Positions 1-7,900 of a stretch of DNA of 64,000 nt are shown here, one piece after another. The notes under the pieces were generated by a model. It saw only the letters and a list, made by a program, of their open reading frames with translations, made no database searches and had not been told where the DNA came from. Positions within the stretch are counted from its first letter, which is position 1. Every line of letters begins with the position of its first letter. The position numbers were made by a program, and so were the translations under genes. Origin of the DNA: an uncultured Ignavibacteriales bacterium (GTDB taxonomy: Bacteria > Zixibacteria > MSB-5A5 > GN15 > FEB-12); NCBI GenBank assembly GCA_964540105.1, contig CAZILL010000001.1:1034063-1098062 (forward strand). The letters are read 5' to 3'.

Positions 1-455
1 ACGCAGAAATCCATCCCACCGTTCCGCAGATGATTCATCGCCTCAACCGTCCTGCGGAAACTATCCGGCCGCTTGCGAATGAAATTGTGCACCTCTTCGG
101 TGCCGTCGATGCTGACCCCTACGCGGCCAATCTCCAGTCGGACAAAATCAGCGACAACCTGGGGCGTTACGGCATAGCCATTTGTAATCAGGTTCACGAT
201 CAGGCCGTTTTCTCTAAGATGGGCCGCCAACTCGCGCCAATCATCGCGAAGAAGCGGCTCACCTCCCGACAGCGTGACATGCTTGCACCCCAGTGCTGTA
301 AGGTCATCGATCAATTTCAGCGCTTCAGCAGTCGTCAATTCATCAGGCCGACGTTTCCCTGCCGCCGTACCGCAGTGGATGCAGCGCATATTACACGCGA
401 AGGTTATCTCCCAGACAACCATCTCGGGATAAAATTTGAAACCGTTGCCGCTCAT
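1..455 (-). CDS. Radical SAM enzyme, N-terminal part (gene runs off the left edge)
   Basis: Absent from the ORF track because it has no in-window stop. Reverse translation from the ATG at 455..453 gives MSGNGFKFYPEMVVWEITFACNMRCIHCGTAAGK...VTLSGGEPLL. This contains the CxxxCxxC cluster motif (CNMRCIHC) and the GGEPLL SAM motif. Its start and the upstream gene's stop overlap as ATGA. Confidence 0.8.
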   Translation of the reverse strand, partial: MSGNGFKFYPEMVVWEITFACNMRCIHCGTAAGKRRPDELTTAEALKLIDDLTALGCKHVTLSGGEPLLRDDWRELAAHLRENGLIVNLITNGYAVTPQVVADFVRLEIGRVGVSIDGTEEVHNFIRKRPDSFRRTVEAMNHLRNGGMDFC

Positions 456-1804
456 TTCTGGGTCTCCTGTGTGGTTACGGGATTCGATTGCTGGCGTGAC
501 TGCGCAACCAATTCGAGCATCGGGCGTAAATTGTATTTCCAGCTGTCGCAAAATTCAGATTCGTCTATCGAGCGGTCTGACCGCCTCGACGGACACCCCC
601 CCATGCAGATTGGAAGGATCTCGCAATCGCGACAACTCCCCACCTCGAACGGATCGAAGGAAAACAGGCGAAGAAATTCCTCGTTCTTGTAGTCGACATC
701 CTGAAGGATGTTACCTGTGACTTTCGTCTTATCCCCCACATAGTTGAAACAGCGGTACAGATCACCGTCGGGGTCAATCAGGAACGAATTCCTCCGCTGC
801 GCGAGGCAGAAGGTCAGTATTGGCTGCGGAAGCTTCTCGACGCGGAATCCCTCATCCAGCAGAATCCGGTAGTACTCCAATTCGGCCTGCGAATATGCCT
901 TTGTCTCGAAGCAACTTTCAGCGATGTTGGCGCACGCCACTGTCGCAGGCTCGAGATGCCCAAAATAGATGCAGGTTTTGTTCTTCAGTCCGGCCGCATC
1001 GAGTTCGACCAACAATTCTCTGATCGTTTCAGGCGTAAACGACCTATCGACATTGACGCGGATCACAGTCGGAATCTGTGCGCAGGCGTAAGCGAGATTC
1101 GTTAGTATCACGTCGAAACTATCCTTGCCGTTCTTCAAGGGACGTTTACGATTGTGTACCCTCGCAGGCCCATCGATTGTTACCTGAATTTCCCCCAATC
1201 GCAGGTTCGCAAATCGGTCGACTTTCTCTTTCGTGAGAAGATAACCGTTGGTCATGACGCCACCAGCACTGAACTTGAACTTGTATTGCTTCTCAAGATC
1301 TACAAAGGACGCCGTCAGATCTTCAATAATGTCCATCGCCAGCAAGGGTTCACCGCCATACCAGGTAACCTGGAAATCTTCGAGCTTTGGCGCGCGCCTT
1401 TCGATGAATTCTATCAACCCCTCTACCACTTTGGGCGTCATGCGGCCACTCTTGTTGGCCTCAAAGCAATAGTCGCATCCCATGTTGCATGCCATCGTCG
1501 GCGCGACCACCAGACCGAGTGATGACATGTCGTACCGCGAATCACGGTACCGGAATTTCAGTCGTTCCAGTTCACTCCCATCGGCTTCGGTGACAAACCC
1601 GCCGTAGCCAAGTTGACTAAGCAACAGCTTCTCTTCTTCCGTCAATTGAACCGGCTGGCCGTCGGACAGCATGACACATAGCCGCTCATAGACGGCGAAG
1701 TTTTCCGCGGTCATCATTCCGACCGCACCCGTCAGGGCGTTGAAAGCTAGGCAGTTTCCGTCACGCAAAGGGTGTATGTGGTTGTATCGTGATATGTACG
1801 GCAT
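452..1804 (-). CDS. Radical SAM/SPASM-domain peptide-modifying enzyme (maturase-like)
   Basis: CNMGCDYC (CxxxCxxC) and GGEPLL are present. The C-terminal SPASM signature is exact: GDLYRC (Gx4C) followed by CRDCEILPICMGGC (Cx2Cx5Cx3C). About 105 aa precede the cluster, which could be an RRE-like peptide-binding domain. AAGGA lies 7 nt upstream of the ATG. Confidence 0.85.
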   Translation of the reverse strand: MPYISRYNHIHPLRDGNCLAFNALTGAVGMMTAENFAVYERLCVMLSDGQPVQLTEEEKLLLSQLGYGGFVTEADGSELERLKFRYRDSRYDMSSLGLVVAPTMACNMGCDYCFEANKSGRMTPKVVEGLIEFIERRAPKLEDFQVTWYGGEPLLAMDIIEDLTASFVDLEKQYKFKFSAGGVMTNGYLLTKEKVDRFANLRLGEIQVTIDGPARVHNRKRPLKNGKDSFDVILTNLAYACAQIPTVIRVNVDRSFTPETIRELLVELDAAGLKNKTCIYFGHLEPATVACANIAESCFETKAYSQAELEYYRILLDEGFRVEKLPQPILTFCLAQRRNSFLIDPDGDLYRCFNYVGDKTKVTGNILQDVDYKNEEFLRLFSFDPFEVGSCRDCEILPICMGGCPSRRSDRSIDESEFCDSWKYNLRPMLELVAQSRQQSNPVTTQETQK

Positions 1805-1879
1805 TGGATATCCTTCGCTTGTAACGCCCGGTCAGTACTTTCTACACTACATCGCTTTTGTCGCATTCTCAATCTTCAT

Positions 1880-1909
1880 GCGGGCGTTCCCCCGAAAGGG
1901 AGCGCCCGC
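1880..1909 (-). promoter_or_regulatory. Intercistronic stem-loop between the small ORF and the radical SAM gene
   Basis: The transcript reads GCGGGCGCUCCC-UUUCGG-GGGAACGCCCGC. That gives 11 of 12 paired positions and a 6-nt loop. No U-tract follows, so it is not a classical intrinsic terminator. Confidence 0.4.
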
Positions 1910-1922
1910 GTAACTATGGTCA

Positions 1923-2015
1923 TCAGATGATGATGCCATACAGAGGCTTGATGTGACAGTACACCTTGCACCCCTGCAATTCGATCACATCTTTAGGGTC
2001 GACCAAATAGATCAT
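1923..2015 (-). CDS. 30-aa small ORF, candidate RiPP precursor (MIYLVDPKDVIELQGCKVYCHIKPLYGIII)
   Basis: Hand-translated; it is too short for the ORF track. GAGGAGGTGA ends 5 nt upstream of the ATG. It lies on the same strand as the SPASM radical SAM gene and 118 nt upstream of it. It has two Cys residues in its C-terminal half. Confidence 0.5.
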   Translation of the reverse strand: MIYLVDPKDVIELQGCKVYCHIKPLYGIII

Positions 2016-2498
2016 GAATCTCACCTCCTCGGGTCTCTTAGGGTTTTGGATTGAACGATCATATCCGTGTACCACACATCAGAACTATGATACACATGCA
2101 ACATGAAGATTTACAGACGCTTCTGCAGACAATGAAGATACTCATACAGCAGACTCTCAATTGTCGTTCGTGAACTGCGTACTAACTGCAAGTACCGCCT
2201 GTTCGCGAGAACAGTACTATTAGTGTATTATTCGTAGAACATCTTGTCAAGGACGATCTGCACGACATTCCCCGTCGGGTAGTAACTACATCGAGGTCCT
2301 GATCTGTGCGGGTTTAGCTAATGTCGGACACGGACAGTCTTTTTGTCAAGGCGCAGTCCTGATAATCTAGTCTTGCTGAAAGGGGCAAACCACGCGCACC
2401 AAAAGGAGCCATTGTCCCGAAGAAGAGTCCTCTTCTGAAGTGTCAGTCGATGAAAGAAAGTCTGATGCGCTCGCTCGCGACGATGCGTACTTTGCGGT

Positions 2499-3344
2499 AT
2501 GGCATCGGGCAGAATTCGCATCGGCACGTCATCGTTCTCGGAGACCGACTGGGTCGGCCCGTTCTACCCACCCGGGACTAGGCCCAGAGATTTCTTCAAA
2601 TTCTACGCCACGCAATTCTCGACCGTGGAGATCGATGCGTCATACTATGCCATACCGACCATTCGTACCGTAGAACGATGGTGTCAGCTTGCCCCCTCAG
2701 AGTTCATTGTAGGCGCGAAGTTTCCCCGCGAGATTGTCCACGGCGGCGAGGCCGCGACGCCGGATGGTTCGACAGTGCTGGACCCAGACCGGACTTATCC
2801 CGTGCGCGACAAGTTCCTGAGCGTGATGGAGCGACTCGGAACGCGCCTCGGCGTGCTGGTTCTTCAGTTTCCGTACTTCAACAGATCCATCTTCCCGGAG
2901 CCTGAAGCATTCCTCAATCGGTTAGATCGATTTCTCAATGACCTTCCAAGGCAGTTTCGATACGCGGTTGAAATTAGGAACCCAAAATGGCTTACCGCCG
3001 ATTTTGCTGATCTTCTCCGTAGGTACGATGTCGCACTGGTGCTGGTAGATCAGGAGTGGATGCCACCGATCGCAGAAGTTACTCAGCGCTTTGATCCGTT
3101 TACGACTGATTTCGCGTATGTGCGCCTGCTTGGGGAACGGAAGCGCATCGAAGCGATTACGACGACGTGGGAGAAGGAGGTCATCGACCGAACCGACTCC
3201 CTCGAGATCTGGAGCACATTCCTGACCAAGTCCCTCTCCGTCAACACCAATGCCTATATCTACGTCAACAATCACTTCTCGGGGCATGCGCCGTCAACCG
3301 CCCGAAAGCTCGAAGCACTCATCCAAGAGAAACTGTCGCTCTGA
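2499..3344 (+). CDS. DUF72 (YecE/UPF0759) family protein
   Basis: The N-terminus reads IRIGTSSFSETDWVGPFYPPG...FFKFYATQFSTVEIDASYYAIP, which is characteristic of DUF72. The length (281 aa) is typical for the family. Confidence 0.85.
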   Translation: MASGRIRIGTSSFSETDWVGPFYPPGTRPRDFFKFYATQFSTVEIDASYYAIPTIRTVERWCQLAPSEFIVGAKFPREIVHGGEAATPDGSTVLDPDRTYPVRDKFLSVMERLGTRLGVLVLQFPYFNRSIFPEPEAFLNRLDRFLNDLPRQFRYAVEIRNPKWLTADFADLLRRYDVALVLVDQEWMPPIAEVTQRFDPFTTDFAYVRLLGERKRIEAITTTWEKEVIDRTDSLEIWSTFLTKSLSVNTNAYIYVNNHFSGHAPSTARKLEALIQEKLSL

Positions 3345-3437
3345 GGTGATCTCGCGACAGCGAATGTCGTTGGACCCCCAAATTGTTCTCCGGGACGATG
3401 GCGAACGATCACGGCTGATCGCGAGCTATCTCCCCCA

Positions 3438-3466
3438 TTGACACAATCCCCAGATGTGGGTATACT
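3438..3466 (+). promoter_or_regulatory. Near-consensus sigma70-type promoter
   Basis: TTGACA (3438-3443), a 17-nt spacer, then TATACT (3461-3466). It sits about 35 nt upstream of the GGAGG-preceded ATG at 3503. Confidence 0.5.
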
Positions 3467-3502
3467 GATACATAATTATCAGTTACGCCCGTTGGAGGCG
3501 AA

Positions 3503-3739
3503 ATGAAATCATTGCTCAATCTCATCGCAGTTCTTGGCATAGCCATAAGTGTTTCCGCCACCACAATTCATGTTCCCGCCGATCAGCCGACGATACAAGC
3601 CGGCATCAATGCGGCTTCAAACGGTGATACAGTGCTGGTGGCGCCGGGGACGTATTATGAGAATGTAGATTCCGTTGGGAAGCCCGTGGTCTTGCTCTCT
3701 TCCGATGGAGCGGCGGTCACAACCATAATTCAAGGTTGA
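3503..3739 (+). pseudogene. Truncated N-terminal stub of a secreted right-handed beta-helix-type protein
   Basis: A signal peptide (MKSLLNLIAVLGIAISVSA) is followed by TIHVPADQPTIQAGINAASNGDTVLVAPGTYYENV, the usual opening of large pectate-lyase-fold surface proteins. The ORF stops after 78 aa, 41 nt from the convergent aqpZ stop. Confidence 0.45.
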
Positions 3740-3780
3740 ACGACTACCAGTCCGAGTTGCTATGCTACCAAATCCAAGAC

Positions 3781-4470
3781 CTACGATTTATGCGAACCAA
3801 TGAAGCGGTATACTGCTGCTCCCAATATGGCCCCGACAATCGGGGCTACCCAGAATAACCATAGCTGTTCAACTGCCCAGCCGCCTACAAACAGAGCCAC
3901 GCCTGTACTCCGCGCAGGGTTGACCGACGTGTTTGTTACGGGGATACTGATTAGATGGATCAACGTGAGTCCTAAGCCTATAGCTATTGGGGCGAAGCCT
4001 TGGAGTGCACGTTTGTCCGTTGCCCCAAGAATGATGAGCAGGAACATCATTGTCATTACAACTTCCGTAAGCAGTGCGGCAAGGAATGAGTAACCGCCGG
4101 GAGAATGGGTTCCATAGCCGTTTGATGCGAAACCAGCTGATACATCGAAATCGGCCTTGCCGGTGGCGATGAGGTAGAGAACTCCACCTGCCACAACTGC
4201 TCCGAGCACTTGAGCAATGATGTAGGGCAGGAGTTTATTGGCCGGGAAACGCCCCCCAGCCCAAAGTCCGATCGACACGGCCGGGTTGAGGTGACAGCCG
4301 GAAATGTGGCCGATGGCATAGGCCATGGTCAGAACGGTCAGACCGAACGCAAGGGCCACCCCAAGCAATCCTATGCCAACACCTGGAAATGCAGCGGCCA
4401 AAACAGCGCTTCCGCAACCTCCAAGAACCAACCAGAATGTTCCAAAGAATTCAGCACCATACTGTTTCAT
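3781..4470 (-). CDS. aqpZ: Aquaporin Z
   Basis: Two NPA boxes are present (HLNPAVS and VNPARS). The N-terminus [23 protein letters not shown] and the 229-aa six-TM layout fit the family. AAGGAG lies 8 nt upstream of the ATG. Confidence 0.95.
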   Translation of the reverse strand: MKQYGAEFFGTFWLVLGGCGSAVLAAAFPGVGIGLLGVALAFGLTVLTMAYAIGHISGCHLNPAVSIGLWAGGRFPANKLLPYIIAQVLGAVVAGGVLYLIATGKADFDVSAGFASNGYGTHSPGGYSFLAALLTEVVMTMMFLLIILGATDKRALQGFAPIAIGLGLTLIHLISIPVTNTSVNPARSTGVALFVGGWAVEQLWLFWVAPIVGAILGAAVYRFIGSHKS

Positions 4471-4978
4471 TGTTCTACTCCTTTCTAAAGCAATGACACA
4501 TAGATGTTGTTGTGCGCCTGCAAGCTATCAGCACGCGGTGATGCTCCAAGTAAGAGTACACTTCGCGTCATGGCAACGACTTTCCGACAGTCGGGTCTCC
4601 TTCGATCGATTGTCCCTGATTTGATCCGAAAGGATCATGTGCGAGCTGCCCCGGCTAAGATTCTTTCGACCGACCATTCCAACTTCCCCTCCTTCGCTCG
4701 CGTCAGTCCAATCGCTGTTTCTGACATATCTGCCCCCTCCAGTGGTCACTGTGCAGACTTCCACAGTTCAACAGAAGGCTCCATCGCCGCCGTCCGCAGA
4801 ATGCCAATCCGCCCCCACCGTCACATCGCACGACTGACTCGACGTGATGAGCACCCGCGCCTTGCCACCCATACCGAACCGGGGGAGGGTCACAATTCCA
4901 TTGCGAGACCAGCCAATCTGCGTATATTATGATCGATACTATGGGAATTAATATCTGCTACACTGCTCCGGTTGACCT

Positions 4979-7900
4979 GTGAAGGCGCTCACGCTTGCTG
5001 CTTTGTGGTCGGTTGGCCTCTGCCTGTTTGCGGCTCAGTCCTTTGCGTTCCACCCGATCTTTTATACTCGCATCGACTTTCCGGTAGGCGGCAGGGAACC
5101 ACGCTCGATGTGCACCGCAGATTTCGATGGGGATGGCGCACTGGACTTGGCAACGTCGAATTTCGACAACGGCAATGTCTCGATTCTCCGCAACAATGGG
5201 AATGGAACCTTCGGCGTCGCTGACAATTATGGCGTGGGAAGCGGACCTCTTACAATATTTGCTACCGATGTTGACAAGGATGGCCATCCTGACATCGTGG
5301 TGGCTAACTACAGCTCCAATGACATTTCAGTGCTGAAGAACAACGGTAACGGCACGTTTGGGACCGCCACGAACTATGGAGTTGGTATTAGCTGGCCTTA
5401 TTCTCTTTGTTCAGCCGACTTTGACGCCGACGGATGGCCGGACATAGCCGTTGCTAATTCGGGCACAAATACTGTGTCCATGTTGAAGAATCACGGCGAT
5501 GGAACTTTCGCTGATGGTGTCAGCTACACTTGTGGCAGCAACCCGCATTCGGTCTGTGCTGCTGACTTTGATGGGGACGGAAGTTTCGATCTGGCCGTGG
5601 CCGATTATGCTGCAGACAGCGTTTCGATTCTCAAGAACAATGGCAACGGTACTTTTGCAGCTCTGGTAAGTTATAAAGTTGGGTCCGGTCCGTGGTATGT
5701 GCTTGCAGCGAATTTCGGCGCAGACGCAAAGCTTGATCTTGTGGCTGTAAACTATGGTTCAAACACGGTATCCGTCCTTATCAATGACGGTTCCGGTGCA
5801 TTTGGGACAGCTGTTGACTACCCGTCAGGAGGTAGGTCACTTTGTGCCAGTTCTGGCGATCTGGACTCAGACGGAGACATCGACCTGATAGTACCGAGCA
5901 TCGACGTACAAAGTGTCTCAATCCTGAAGAACAACGGAGTCGGCACATTTGCTGCACCGGTTAGCTATGCGATTGAGAATGAAGGGTGGGCCGCTTGTGT
6001 TGGTGATCTTGATGGGAATGGAAAACCTGACGTTGCAGTGGGAAACCGATGGCCGATGCCCAGTGTCTCGGTTTTCATGAACGATGGAAATGGAGGACTT
6101 CGAACCCCACCAGAATATGGGGTTGACAATCCTCAATCTATCACTTCAGCAGATTTCAATGGCGATGGACAATTTGACGTAGCCACGGCAAACTGGAATT
6201 CCAACGCGATATCCACATTGAAGGGTAATGGCGACGGGACTTTTGAGCCTGCTATCAACTACGCTGTGGGCAGCCACCCGATTTCAATAGCTACAGCGGA
6301 TGTGACTAGCGACGGGAAGCCCGATTTGGCAGTCGTGAACTACTCCTCAGGCACAGTATCCGTCCTAAGGAACAACGGTAACGGTGAATTCGGAAATCGA
6401 CTTGACTACTTTGTAGGATCTTGTCCGATTTCAATCGCTGCCGGAGATCTGGATGGAAACGGATCGACTGACCTGGCGGTCGCCAACTTCTGCTCCAATA
6501 ACATCTCTATCCTACTCAATGACGGTGCTGGCACTTTTAACGCTTCAGCTAACTACTCTGCCGGACTCAACCCCTACTCTTTACAGATCGCTGATATCGA
6601 TGGTGACGGAAAGAAGGACGTAATAGATGTCTGCACCGGAGATGCAGGGGCATACTTCTTCAAGAACAACGGAAACGGCACTTTCTCTTCGGGAGTGTAT
6701 TCTGCGATAGGAGGTTCGCCACGCTTCGTGTGTGTTCATGATGTGAACATGGATGGAAAGCCTGACTTGATTATAGCTAATGGATCTAACAATCCCTATA
6801 ACTGGGGGGCCGGTGTCCGAGTATTGATAAACAGTGGCAGCGGTACATTTTCAACTCTCGCTGTTTACTCACCTGGCTACAATCCGTATTCACTTGCTGT
6901 AACGGATTTTGACGGCGACGGCCTATCAGAAGTGGCTGTGGGAAATGCAGGTTCTGCTAACATCTCGATAATGGAAATCAATGGCGACGGCACACTTACC
7001 TTGAGAAACAACTACGGGGTGAATGGTGGAATGCTCTCTATTTGCGCAGCAGACTTCAATGGTGATGGCAAGACCGACTTGGGAGTAGCTTTGTATGCAA
7101 AGAATGCGATCACCGTTCTCCTGAACCAATCCGTACCGAGCATACCTCTATTCGATACTACTTCGACTACCGACACAGCCAACGTTTTCTTTGTCAAACA
7201 GGCGGATATGGATTTGGACAATAACCCGGATATTGTATTCACCGGCAATAGTTCAGACAGTCTGTTTATCATTTACGGGAAACCAAACGGCACGCTGGAA
7301 AAACAGCGATCTTACTTGAACATCAAGAACGCCGCCATCGCGATTGACTTCATCAACGGTGATACTCTACTGGATATCGCGGCCCGGACAATGACGAAAC
7401 TGTATGTGCTCTTGAATCTGGGAGGCCGCAATTTCAGCATCGATTCAATGACTACAGGCGCTTCGCCGATGGTGTATTCGCCGAACGTGGCGACGTTTCC
7501 GACAATCACCACCGGCTACTTTGACGGAGATGCCAAGAAAGATATCGTTGTCAATCCCGGTGTACTCTTGTCAGGCAATGGTCTTGGTCAGTTCCCATCT
7601 AATCAGACACTGCCGTTCACGCTCGATTTTGTCGGCACAGCTGATTTCAACGGAGACGGCAGAGATGACATTATTGCTACGAACGGCGACTCCGCCCGAA
7701 TCTATCTGAACAACGGAACGGGGGCCTTCACTCTGTCGGCAGCCACTCGGATCGGGTATCGGGCGTATGATGTGGTATCGCTTGCCTCAGACATCGATTT
7801 GAACAATGACGGCAAACCTGATGTGGCGTTGGTGACGGGCATTTCCACAGGAACTAATGACACGAGTGTGGTAACGCTGATTGTAGGGAATGGAACCGGT

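Noticed and set aside
30-692. A 220-aa plus-strand ORF (and the 94-aa ORF at 436..720) at the left edge.
   Set aside because: It lies antisense to two minus-strand radical SAM genes whose translations carry unmistakable CxxxCxxC, GGEPLL and SPASM motifs. The plus-strand product has no motif and a skewed Arg/Ser-rich composition typical of a shadow frame.
4504-4932. A 142-aa ORF (and overlapping 66-78-aa ORFs) in the aqpZ / FG-GAP intergenic region.
   Set aside because: It has no RBS, a low-complexity Ser/Pro/Arg-rich translation and no recognisable motif on either strand. A minus-strand frame reads vaguely like a decayed beta-rich protein end, but I cannot support it. I left the region as non-coding.
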